A stretch of DNA of 63,018 nt, the filler included, from Aduncisulcus paluster (Eukaryota), in the NCBI GenBank assembly GCA_024181965.1. It is 7 parts of 7 records of this genome, joined end to end, with 100 filler letters (N's around TTAATTAATTAA, not from the genome) between each part and the next. Parts side by side here need not be neighbours in the genome. Positions count along the whole stretch, not along the records: positions 22,073 to 31,288 come from BQXS01011158.1; positions 31,389 to 38,227 come from BQXS01011159.1; 5 more parts are not named here. One strand, given 5' to 3'. A model generated the notes under the pieces. It was not told the DNA's origin and ran no database searches. It saw nothing but the letters and a program-made list of their open reading frames with translations. This document shows positions 23,059 through 34,300 of the stretch, one piece after another. The translations under genes were made by a program, and so were the position numbers. Numbering within the stretch: position 1 is the first letter of the stretch; the number at the start of each line of letters is the position of its first letter.

Positions 23059-23624
23059 TATATAATTAATGTTATTTTGTGACGACCGCCATCCCAGAAC
23101 TTCGGTCTGTGGGAGTACGCCAACTGGGTGGGGTTCTTGACTCTCCTTCTGCTCGAGACTGGAGTGACCCTGTCCAGTACAGCCACATAATCATTGCGTT
23201 TTCTGTTCGGGCCCGAAGATTATCTACAAATTGTACAATTATCTCACCTTTCCATCCCTTTCCCAGCACCTTGTCAAGGTGTCTTATATGTAATCAATAC
23301 TATTGATCATAACCTTAAACTACTGGTTTTATCATAAAGTATACTATCATAAAAGGATCCCCAACTTGTTCAACATCATTTCCAAAAGTTACTCTCACCA
23401 GATTTTGAAAGTATTAAAGGTTAAACCTTCAAGGTTTATTCTTTGTCAAACTACTCATGCCTCAGTGAAGGATCATACTTAGTAAGTATTACTTACTATG
23501 ATAGTTAAACAATCGATATAATCATGATAATCTATTACAATGAACAATCCAGAGATTAAAAAGAAATTATATTCCTTCTAACCTCTAATTTAAGCCATTT
23601 TATCCGCTTTTGTTTTGAACAGGA

Positions 23625-26600
23625 TCACTCCCAAATCAGCATTTTCAATCTCGGATCCTTTTTCAAACGATCAGTGAGTTCATCATACTCCTTCTTTGTC
23701 AGTTCTTCATGCTCCTTCACACGTGCTCCAAGTATTTTCAGTCTCAGATCACTATGTTTTGAGGCTTCGACATGATTAGTATCAGCGACAATGCCTCCAA
23801 CATGACTACCTTTCCTGAATGATGTATTTCTTCTCTCAACAAGCGTCTTCTCCTTGTCGATTCTCTTCTGCAGGATGTTAGCCTTCTCCACAAGACGATC
23901 TCGACAGGCGGTCAAACAGTCCATAGCTGTGCGCTTGGCTTCCTCGTATGAAAGTTCAGGATACATTCCATTCTTGTCTTTCTTGTATGTGGCTGGCAAG
24001 AACGGGGCAAGATAATCAAGATGCTGACGTTGTTTGGCCACCGCTTTGGCCTGGTGATCGCTCAGAACCTCCTCAGTGATCTGTGAGGCGGTAAGATTGG
24101 CAGAAGGAGAGAGGAAAGAAGTTGCAGAAATTCCAGCTTCGAATCCTTGTCCCTCTTTCCCACTTCTCTTGACAAGTTCATTCCATATTCCGGCTTCGTG
24201 TGGATAATATCTGAAATCCCCAGGATCAAAGTAGTGTAAATCATCGTCATCTGACCTTTCCTCGCCATCATGCAGCCCAGTGGATAACCTTGAGGACTGT
24301 TGACGATCAATAAATGACCCCTCGAGCTCCTCTTCCTCTTCCTCTTCGTACTCCTCCTCTTCTCTCCTGAGTCTCTCCTCTTCCTCAAGATCCTTCTCTC
24401 TCTCTCTTCTCTCACGCATCAACATCTCCCTCTCTCTGAAGCTGCCTTGGCCAATACCACCGACGAGCTCAATGCTGCTGAGTATATCACCAAGCATGGC
24501 AATGCAGGCTTTGACACGGGATACATGCTCACTCTCTTCCTTGGCAACACTCACAAAGAGTTTGGTCATCTTTCTCTGGTCAACTCGCTCACGATGAGGA
24601 ACTCCACCACGCTCGATGCTTCTCACTTCCCCCTCCCGTGAGAAACAGAGAGTTCCACTCGTCAAACACCCAGGAAGAACACTTTCACGCACACATACCT
24701 GCCACTTGAAGAAATCATACTTCACACGCTCGATATCGACCAATTTCTCAGCTTCGATCTGAGCCAAAGTAGACAGAGAAGGAGGTGGAGCAGAGGATAC
24801 AAGCCCATGTGTGCCATCATCAATCCCACTCGTGGTCATACCTTCAGCAGCACCTTGTTCACTCCTCGCTTGCCACAATGGATGCAACATACTTAAAACA
24901 TCGGCACCATCTGCTGCCTTTGTTCCCTTCACGACAGTCATAGAACGGATATACAGAGGACGGGAGAGAAGCTGGACAGCAGGGAGCTTATCGTTTTGTT
25001 TGAGAAGAGTTCGGAGAGCACGGGCACTGGGTTTTTTGAAGACAGCAAGACCTTGTCCTTGGTGCAATGCACCCTCTTTGGTCCCAGCTCTCAATTTCCT
25101 TGCAAGAGCCTCTACACCTCTCTTTCCTTCCTTCGTTGGGAGGGCTCCAAGACGTGCAGCACTGCTAGTCTTCCCTTCTTGCTCTTCCTTCTGGAACAAA
25201 TATCTACAGTCGTCAGAGAGTTCAACAACACGTTTCCTGACAAACCCTACCTTGGCGTTGCTCTGGAGAGTTCTCAATGAAGACTGGTCCTCGGAAGAAT
25301 CTTTCTTCTTGTGTGAGTCTTGACGTTTGTTCTCCTCTTCCCCTGTTTTCACAGCTCCTGGTCCAGTCTTAAGCCTGAAGTCATTCTTCTCCCTATCTTC
25401 CTCCTTAACTTCAGGATCATCACCATCGTTAGCTCCCTCACTCTCTTCCCAGACACACTCGCATCCGTGGACATGCCAACCACTGAGAGACGGCCACAAG
25501 GGATGTGAGAGTAAATGAAGCTCGAGAGGGAGTGCAGAAAGAGGATGAGACTGAGCAGGGAGAGTGGATACGTTGGGTGTAGGAGTCTTTCCAGCTCCAG
25601 CTGCCCCCTCTCGACTGTTCTTCATTTTCTCTTCCTTGAGTTTCATGTTCTTTTCAATCTTTGCACGCTCCAGGATGCCACGTTCACGCAAGACTTTCTC
25701 TTCAGCAATTCTCTTGTCCCAGAGCTCAAACATATTCTCCCTCTCTTCCTCCCGAATGGCCCGTGAACCAGTCCTCAGAGTCAGACGTCTCAAACGGTCC
25801 TTCCTGCCTCGGACATAAAACGAGAAGGACATGCACCTGTGTGGAATGATGGAGATAACATGCAAGGAATCATCTCGACCACGGGAATAGAGCTGCTTCA
25901 GCCGCATACAATGGGCAAACGGCACCGGTAACATGTCCTCCTCAATGTCAATCTGTTGATCTTCCGGAGCTTCCCCTGTGTTTGTTCCGGCATTCTCAGA
26001 CTCTTCGCCCTTGAGACTGGTGTGGGTTGGAGATGTTGAGAGAATTCGGGTGGGAGGAATCAAATCCTCCTCTTGTGGCACAATATTAAAGAGAATGGGA
26101 TCATTTTGTTCAGATTTATAGTCAAAGCCAGGCTCTAGTTCATCCTCATCGGGCTCCTCGTAGTTATCAAGAGTAAAATCAACGGGGGGCTTCTTATCAT
26201 CCCGACGTTCTTGATCGATCTTAACACACCGAGCTCTCTCGGCAGCTGTCATCAAACGCTCAAACTCTTCCTCAACAATCGTGAGCCGATCTTTACGACC
26301 CTTGAACCGACGATATCTCTTCCAACGAAGCAAAGGAGCAAACTTCGCCATAATAATATTTCCACGCTCATCGTGCTTAACGTTCCACACACGTTTGGGA
26401 CGTGATACGTACTCGAGGACACACCCACCGACAGTGCTTGAAAAGGGACAGTACAGAGTGACGAATGCATCACGATAGGGGATAAACTTGAACCCTTTCC
26501 TAAAACGCATGACTCTATCGAACTCAGTGAGGTATGGAATGATGGACGATGGGGCTGGCAAGAGTTCAAGAGTCCCCTTATACCTCTCTGCAGCACTCAT

Positions 26601-27809
26601 ATTGATGGAGAGATCGTCACGGTGGGCCAATGAATGTCTCTGAACAGAGGGACTGTCACCATCACCGAGGGCATTCTCATGCTCTTGTTGCTTCTGAATC
26701 ATACGGTCAATGTGTTGGGGAGTGGGCAAAACAAACTCCCAACAACGAGAGTCATCCAGATTCCATGATAGATGCTCAAGACCAACGTAATTGGGCTGCA
26801 TTGATATATATGCTTGTTCATGATTGAAAATAAGAGACACGGCAAGGAATGGGGACTTGTGTGAAGGAGATGGGGCGAAGATACGGCCTGTACCAACATC
26901 AAGGAACAAGGTGGGCACAGCAGATGATTTTGATTGATGTTTAGTAGGCTGGGAGTGGGTTGAAGGCCCACTTTCAATAAATTCAGATTGTGAACACGTT
27001 TCAGCATCATTCATATCAACAGCTTTTCCTTTTCCACCAAACAGAACAACCCAAACGTGACGTTTATCATGCTCTTCCTCCTCTTTCGCTTTTTCTATCT
27101 TCATTTTCTCAAGAACAACGGATAAAAGATGCTTTCCTTTCTCGTCAAGAGTTTTTATAGTGTTATTTACGGCAATGGATGCAGCTTCGAAACCTTCAGT
27201 GTCTTCAAAAACAATGGCACGTTCAGCCAAACGTTTATGCTCGATAATATTATGAATTTTCTCCCATCTAGCCTGGCGAGTCCTACAAATAGGCTTCTCA
27301 CCTTCGACAAGAGTGACATCTCTTCCCAATGCAATTTGGGTGGCTCTTGAACGCAATAATGCCAAAAATGATGATGATTGTGATGTAGTTGTTGAAAAAG
27401 TGGTTGGAAGAGAATCTATACTGGCTTCTGAATCTCTATAAGCAGCAGGAGAAACCCCCAATTTCATTGATGTTAACATTGATTTAGCTTCTCCAATACA
27501 TACATATGCATTATAACCAGCACCTAGAAGGAGAGAACATAAGAATACAGACCCAGAAAGAGGGTCCGTTTTTCTTTGCACTATTGTATCAATTGGTCTC
27601 AGGATTTCAGAGATCTCCCCTTCTGGAAATGGGGTAACCTCTAAATATTCAAATGTAAACCTAAGTAACTGCTTGTAATCAGAAAAACAAAAAGAAAAAG
27701 GAGAAATATAACTACAAATTGGATAACCCGACTTTTCTAATAATAAATCTTCCCTTTCGGGATGTAGCGAAGAAAAATTCTTCTTAAAGGAGTTAATATA
27801 CGTCTCCAT
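23625..27809 (-). CDS. DRC7: Dynein regulatory complex subunit 7 (CCDC135/FAP50)
   Basis: LCSLLLGAGYNAYVCIG, HVWV, IFNH..YISMQ, WNLDDSRCWE, DYLAPFL, and C-terminal RLVEKANILQ.R..LRLKIL..R...L..DPRL. A short upstream exon is possible. Confidence 0.88.
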   Translation of the reverse strand: METYINSFKKNFSSLHPEREDLLLEKSGYPICSYISPFSFCFSDYKQLLRFTFEYLEVTPFPEGEISEILRPIDTIVQRKTDPLSGSVFLCSLLLGAGYNAYVCIGEAKSMLTSMKLGVSPAAYRDSEASIDSLPTTFSTTTSQSSSFLALLRSRATQIALGRDVTLVEGEKPICRTRQARWEKIHNIIEHKRLAERAIVFEDTEGFEAASIAVNNTIKTLDEKGKHLLSVVLEKMKIEKAKEEEEHDKRHVWVVLFGGKGKAVDMNDAETCSQSEFIESGPSTHSQPTKHQSKSSAVPTLFLDVGTGRIFAPSPSHKSPFLAVSLIFNHEQAYISMQPNYVGLEHLSWNLDDSRCWEFVLPTPQHIDRMIQKQQEHENALGDGDSPSVQRHSLAHRDDLSINMSAAERYKGTLELLPAPSSIIPYLTEFDRVMRFRKGFKFIPYRDAFVTLYCPFSSTVGGCVLEYVSRPKRVWNVKHDERGNIIMAKFAPLLRWKRYRRFKGRKDRLTIVEEEFERLMTAAERARCVKIDQERRDDKKPPVDFTLDNYEEPDEDELEPGFDYKSEQNDPILFNIVPQEEDLIPPTRILSTSPTHTSLKGEESENAGTNTGEAPEDQQIDIEEDMLPVPFAHCMRLKQLYSRGRDDSLHVISIIPHRCMSFSFYVRGRKDRLRRLTLRTGSRAIREEERENMFELWDKRIAEEKVLRERGILERAKIEKNMKLKEEKMKNSREGAAGAGKTPTPNVSTLPAQSHPLSALPLELHLLSHPLWPSLSGWHVHGCECVWEESEGANDGDDPEVKEEDREKNDFRLKTGPGAVKTGEEENKRQDSHKKKDSSEDQSSLRTLQSNAKVGFVRKRVVELSDDCRYLFQKEEQEGKTSSAARLGALPTKEGKRGVEALARKLRAGTKEGALHQGQGLAVFKKPSARALRTLLKQNDKLPAVQLLSRPLYIRSMTVVKGTKAADGADVLSMLHPLWQARSEQGAAEGMTTSGIDDGTHGLVSSAPPPSLSTLAQIEAEKLVDIERVKYDFFKWQVCVRESVLPGCLTSGTLCFSREGEVRSIERGGVPHRERVDQRKMTKLFVSVAKEESEHVSRVKACIAMLGDILSSIELVGGIGQGSFREREMLMRERREREKDLEEEERLRREEEEYEEEEEEELEGSFIDRQQSSRLSTGLHDGEERSDDDDLHYFDPGDFRYYPHEAGIWNELVKRSGKEGQGFEAGISATSFLSPSANLTASQITEEVLSDHQAKAVAKQRQHLDYLAPFLPATYKKDKNGMYPELSYEEAKRTAMDCLTACRDRLVEKANILQKRIDKEKTLVERRNTSFRKGSHVGGIVADTNHVEASKHSDLRLKILGARVKEHEELTKKEYDELTDRLKKDPRLKMLIWE

Positions 27810-28139
27810 TTGTCGAAAAAAATTCCAAAATTTGAAATCTTCCTAAAATTGAGGTAATTGTTAATGATCATAGATGAAAAGTTTTATTTTTTCCAACTAT
27901 ATTTTGAAATTGGATATTAATATCGTGTGCCATGCAGAGGAACAACTAGTTTTGCAATCTCTTGCACGGTTCCTTCCATAGAAGAATGTGAGGATATTAA
28001 TTCTTCCAAAAAATATCTTAAGTGTGTATTTATATATTATCCTTCATGTCGCAATCTCACGTATTCTTCATGAGAGTGCAATAGCTTTTCAAAGGTGATT
28101 TGCCATTTGTGTGCGAGAGCATTACCCATCAATTATATA

Positions 28140-31100
28140 ATGAGCTATGAAGCTTTAAAACAAGCAATAGAGATCCTAAATAATCCAAAAAGTGCATCTG
28201 ATGAGAATGAAAAAAGCCTTGCACTCATCATCGCAATTAAGGAAGATTCCATTGCATCTATTTTGAGTTTCGCATATAAATTATATACCGAAAGTGAATT
28301 GCAATATAAAACATATGGCTTATCACTATTCCAGCATCTATTTGATTCTAGATGGAGCGATTTGAATTCAGATCAGAAAATAAGACTCAAAACCATCATT
28401 ATTGAGATGTTTGCCCAATTATTATCTTCTAGCACTCCGTCACAACCTTCTATTTTAAATGGCATATCTTCTATGATAGGTAGCTTGTCTCGTGTGGATG
28501 ACTGTTCTTATCTTCCAGCAATCTTCGACACATTATTTTCGATAACAAACAAGGATGAAACATATTTTTATTTCGCCCTTAAGAGTATATCTTCAATTTG
28601 GGAAAATCTTTTAAGCAGTGTATTGTATGCTTTCAAATCCGAACAAATTATATCACAAATTTCATCAGCCATTCCTGTGATCATTAACTTGGTTGAGACT
28701 GCATATAAACTTATTTTTGAAAATATAAAAGCCTCAAAGTCTGAAATTCTACCCCATGTTTCATGTTTACAAGCTACAACCAAGACTTGCATTGTTCTCT
28801 TAAAATCAATACCAATTACCCATGTTGTTGAGCTTGTGAAGTACTGGTGTGCGTGTTTTCTTATCCCTGATGTCCAAAAGCTTGCCTTCCAATGTGTTTG
28901 TGATTTTGTCCAGAAAATAGTTCAAACTGGTTCAATTAATAATGACAAAGATGAAGAAGAGGTTGAATTGACTCCTACTCCACCCTCTTCTGATTCTACT
29001 CATCCTCCAACGCATTGTTTCATCCCTAAGAAAGTTAGTGCTATTATGAATGTTCTTATATTTTTAAACTCCCACAAGCATGAAATATTACTCACAGAAC
29101 GCGGAGAGGAGCTTTCTCAGATCGACTCTGAGGCCTGTCGTCACTTTGTAACGATGCTATCGACTATTCTTGGCCTCCACGGCGATATCATTTTCAAGGC
29201 CTCCCCGTCTCTCTTTAATGAGTCATTTCGAATGTTATATGACTATTGTGCTCCCTTTGCACGCTATATTCTCTCGTCTGTGACCCCCAGTCGTGACGAG
29301 AAACAGAGATTCAGACTATTGCAGGATGAGAACATGTCTCTCAAAGCTATCATCAGCTCACTGCGTCGAGAGCTTGCATGCAGTGTGAAAGAAAGTGAGT
29401 ACAGCTTAATCATGATTGAGAGAGATGCCTACTGCGATATGTTGAAGGAGGAGCAAGAGAAAGTGTCCATGAAGATGGAAGAGTTGGAAACACAAGAAGA
29501 GGCCATGAAAAAGTCTGAAATTGTTAGAGAAGATGAGCGGCAGAAAGAGAAAGATTCATATGAAGTACAAAAACAAAATCTGGTTGAATTGAAGTCCAAA
29601 GCCAAAGAAGATATTGATAAGACCAAGACCGCTCTCAGATCCTGGCAATCGAAAGAGCAGGAAAAGCTAGATCAAGAGAAATCTTCGATTGCACAAAGGG
29701 AACATGAGCTTGAAGAATGCCGGAAAAAGATGGAGGATACTCACAAGATCCATGAAGAGGAAAATGCCAAGAAAAGAACACAATTCGAAGAGAGTGAGAA
29801 GAAATGTAAGCTTCTTCAGGAAGAGTTGAGGATAAAAATAGATAGTCTTGAGAAAGAAAAGGATAAATTCCGTCTCGAAATGGAAACAAAGTCGAGTGAA
29901 CTTGAGAAATTAAGACTCTCATTAAATGCTAAGCAAGAAGAACTTACTGTCCAAGAAACTGAACTCGCCAAGACAAAAGATAAACAGATGCATGAGCTTG
30001 GGAGACTTTCTAATGCGTGGAACAACAGGAAGAAGAGAGAACTGCTGTGCATGACTCTCTTGGCTTCTCAAATGAAGATTATGCTCAAGGAGATTGAAGA
30101 TCATCGGCAAGGGAAAACACCAAGTCAGGATGCTCAAGCCCCAGTATCTATGCCTACTATGGCCAAAGTATCTATGCCTACTATGGCCAAAGTAGGTACT
30201 ACTATGAAAGAGGAAGAGAGGAAGGTGCAAGAAGGAAAAGAAGAGGAGAAAGAAGAAGTGCCAAAAGAAGCTAAGCAACAATCTCTTGTAGTAGAAGCAA
30301 AAGAGCTAAAAATAGATAGTGTTGAGAAAGAAAAGGTTGAAAAAGAGGAAGAGAAAGAGGAGGAAAAAGAACTTGAAGACGAAAAGAAAAAGATAGAAGA
30401 AGAGAAAAGAAGAAAGGAAGAGGAAGAAGAAAATAGAAGAAGAGAGAAGAAGAAGAGAAGAAGAGAAAGGAAGAGGAAGAGCAGAGAAGAAGAAAAGAGG
30501 AAGAGAAAAGAAGAAATGAAGAAGAAGAGAAGAGAAGAAATGAAGAACTCAAAAGAAAGGAAGAAGAGGAGCAAGAGAAAAGAAAGAATGAACAGAAACT
30601 TGAACCTTTTGTTTCATCCGGATCTATTTTTGGACCTCAAATTCAACCATCGGTGTCAATATTCCCATCCTCGGTTTCAAAAGGAATCTTCTCATCTCCT
30701 TTCCACTCCTCTGGTATTTTCAAGAAAGTGGGCGAAGAGAAGAAGAGCCAAGACGAGAAGAGCGAAGAGGAGGAAGAGGAAGAGCACAAGAAAAAGGAAG
30801 AAGAGGAGCGCTTGAAGAAGGAAGAGGAAGAACGCTTGAAGAAAGAAGAAGAAGAACGCAAGAGGAAGGAAGAGGAAGAACGCTTGAAGAAAGAAGAAGA
30901 AGAACGCAAGAGGAAGGAAGAGGAAGAACGCTTGAAGAAAGAAGAAGAAGAACGCAAGAGGAAAGAAGAAGAAGAGCGCAAGAGGAAAGAAGAAGAAGAG
31001 CGCTTGAAGAAAGAAGAAGAAGAACGCTTGAAGAAAGAAGAAGAAGAACGCAAGAAGAAGGAAGAAGAAGAACGCTTGAAGAAAGAAGAAGAAGAACGCA

Positions 31101-31288
31101 AGAGGAAGGAAGAAGAAGAGCGCTTGAAGAAGGAAGAAGAAGAGCGCTTGAAGAAGGAAGAAGAAGAACGCAAGAAGAAAGAAGAAGAAGAACGCAAGAG
31201 GAAAGAAGAGGAACAGCGCTTGAAGAAGGAAGAAGAAGAGCGCTTGAAGAAGGAAGAAGAAGAGCGCAAGAGGAAGGAAGAAGAAGAG
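28140..31288 (+). CDS. Karyopherin/exportin-like N-terminal helical domain plus coiled coil and E/K/R repeats; apparent frameshift ~30430-30550; 3' truncated
   Basis: ATG 28140. YGLSLFQHLFDSRWSDLNSDQKIRLK resembles IBN_N. The reading continues in frame 30653.. up to the contig end. Confidence 0.55.
30790..31288 (+). repeat. 24-nt coding tandem repeat (KKEEEERL/KRKEEEER), single-alpha-helix type
   Basis: About 20 visible units. Confidence 0.9.
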
Positions 31289-31388
31289 NNNNNNNNNNNN
31301 NNNNNNNNNNNNNNNNNNNNNNNNNNNNNNNNTTAATTAATTAANNNNNNNNNNNNNNNNNNNNNNNNNNNNNNNNNNNNNNNNNNNN

Positions 31389-34300
31389 AGAGTGTAATTC
31401 CTCCACGGGATTGTGTGAATGTAACACCAATTGGAGTGGTGACACTTGTAGTGAATACACCCCTGATGGATCTTGTCTATACGGTGTCAGTAATGGGTCT
31501 GGATGCACTTGTCAGCTGAACTACAGTGGAGATTACTGTCAATGTAAAAACAATTGCTCACTGCATGGTCTGTGTAACGAATGGGGATGTGAGTGTGAGG
31601 ATGGATTCTCCGGTGGTGATTGTTCCGAAGCTAGAGTACCTGAAATCGACACTGATTCTATTTATATCGATTATGCTGAAGCTGTCATCGGATTTTCATT
31701 CCTTTATGAGGTCACTATTTCCGGAATCAATGAAACTGATGTGACATTTGATTGTTCACTCTTAATTGAGGAGTATGGTGAATCTGGCTCCTTTGGTGCC
31801 ACTGTGAAGTACTTTGACTCGAGTTCCATCTGCAAAAGGAATTCTGATCTTAAGAGCTTCCTTCTTTACCCTGGAATTGCTTCTTGGATATCCTCTGAGA
31901 TGACATTCAACTTATTGGGCGATACTATCATTGATAAGGTCACACATAAGGCCAATTCAGAACAGATGAGCGTGTATCTCGATCCTTCCTTGTTCCCGGC
32001 GACAGACGATCTCACTCTTCCCGACTCCCTTGTGCCCGAATTCATCTTCCTTTGTCAAAGTGGATCGTATTGGTCATCCCATGGACTTATTCTCGATGTT
32101 TCTCCATTGCAACATACCGGCTGGGGTCGTATATTCTACGTCTGGTCCGTGGTTCTTGAGGACGGTCAAACAAATTCAACTCTTGAATCTATAAATATGA
32201 TGTTGAATTACATGAGCTCAACACCACCAGCGAGCAGTTCAACGACAAAACTTTCCTCGTATTCCTCATCTGTTGAGATTCCTGCTACATATCTTTCCCA
32301 ATTGGCCTCTGATTCCACCCTTGAGTCCATTACTCTGAAACTCAGTGCCACTAACTTATTCCACCCAGTGTGGACTGAGAAAGAGTTCTCAATTGATCTT
32401 GTTCGAAACAGTACCGATCTTTATCTCACGGTTCCATCTTTTCCTCATGATCTATATTTAGATCGTGAATTGATCATCGCTCCATCTGTGACTTGCAGCA
32501 CCTGTAGTGCTGGTGGCATGGCTCTTCTTGACTCTTACTGTGAGGTTGAGAGTATTTCTTGGAATTGGAAATGTCTGAACCCGTCTGCACAACACTCGTT
32601 GACATTTGACACTCCTGTTGTATTGCTCGAAAAGGATTCATTGCAATCTGGTGAGTATTCGTGTAACGTTGAGGTTGAGTTCAATAGTGTTTCTAACAAG
32701 AAGATTGTGACATTTAACATGATCGATCCTCCTCTTACTCTTGAAGTATCTGATGCCGGCAGTATAATGGTGAGCAATGACTTTTATGATGATACCTCCA
32801 GTGCCAGTACAACAACAAGCAGTGTTGGTATCAATTATAAATGATGATGATGAAGAAGAACACTATTCTATGAATAGAAATGTTTTTGTGAGTGCATCTG
32901 ATGATGATTCTGACGAGACAATTGAGACTGATAAGCATTTATCAACCCTTCACAGGACAGCCAATCCTGGAGATTACATTAGATTGGCGGCCAGTGTACT
33001 TTCAACCCCCGATGGTGCTACCATATCATACTATTGGATTGTTACAAGAGGCGATAACATTGTCATCTCCGTAAGTGGATCCGAGTTATCCTTTTTCATT
33101 CCTTCATATGTTCAGAGTAACACCATGTATGTTTGCACAGCTTACGCCTGGTCTGACGTAACGGGCTCTTCTTACACTACAAATCACGTGTATATCCACG
33201 TTCTTAAGGGTGATCGGAGGACTGATATGGATTGGACTGATGATAGGATGCTTGGAATGACCATTCAGGGTAATTTGCACCTCGAGGAAGGAAATACAAT
33301 GCGTTTACGTGCTATTCCTCACGGATATAGTCAACTTGATGCCCTTAGTTTCACTTGGAGCCTTGATCTCTCCGATATTGACTCTGAATTGTTACTCAAG
33401 ATTGCAAATACTCGACTTGCTGACACGAGCTTTGAATCATTTACACTTGAAGAATCTCATTTGTCGAGTATTATCGTCATTGAGGGTCAAGAATTGCTCG
33501 ACCTTTGTGATGCCATTGGCGTTGACGAGCCATGTTTTGCTATCGAGATGTGTGACTCTGTCCTCGATGAATGTGTCGATTTGAGAGTGTGTATCTCCGT
33601 AGAGCGTTCCTTCAGTGTCGTGTATCCTGTTGTCTTGGATAACCATGATAATTACACAATGGAGTGTGGAACTCAATACTGTCTCTCATACAGTGGGTCG
33701 AAAGAGGTCACATCCACCAGTCAGTTGTATTTCGATGTGTCTGGGGACCTTACATCGACCCGGGGTGATCTTCTGAGTCAGGAGGTTCAGTGTGAGGATT
33801 ATTCGTTGTTCTCAACAACCCAGCCGAAAGCAAACACTCATGATCCAACATTTATAATGCTCATGCTCGGCAATGTGATCGTGACATCCGTATTCAATGG
33901 TGATGATTCTTCCATCTCTTTCCCGTGCAGTTTTATGTATGACACTTGGTTGTCATACACTTCAGCTGGAGTGAGTGAAGCATTGTCTTTCACGCTCGAC
34001 GAAACAGATATTACTGCGTTTGCTTACTCAAAGAACAAGGCTTCGACTGTTCTTCTCGATATTGAGTTACTCACTACCACCTCTAGTGGTTCTGTCATCG
34101 ATGTCATGTCAAATTCTTTGTTTGGTGTCATGGAAGAAAGTGATACTTCCGCTTCGAAACTGGATATTTTCGACTATGAGAGCGTTAAGCAACTTATCAA
34201 GTATCCCTTCACATCATATACCAACCGACTATTGTACTGTGAGGCTATCAATGATACCACTTGTCTTGTTCATACATATGTCCAATTGTATGGAGTTGGA

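Noticed and set aside
23072-23306. Short antiparallel ORFs in a GC-richer island
   Set aside because: No recognisable motifs; possibly a TE relic but unsupported.
30134-31269. Minus-strand Ser/Phe-rich ORFs (also near 38750, 42590, 52053 and 53487)
   Set aside because: Antisense shadows of E/K/R/D-rich repeats.
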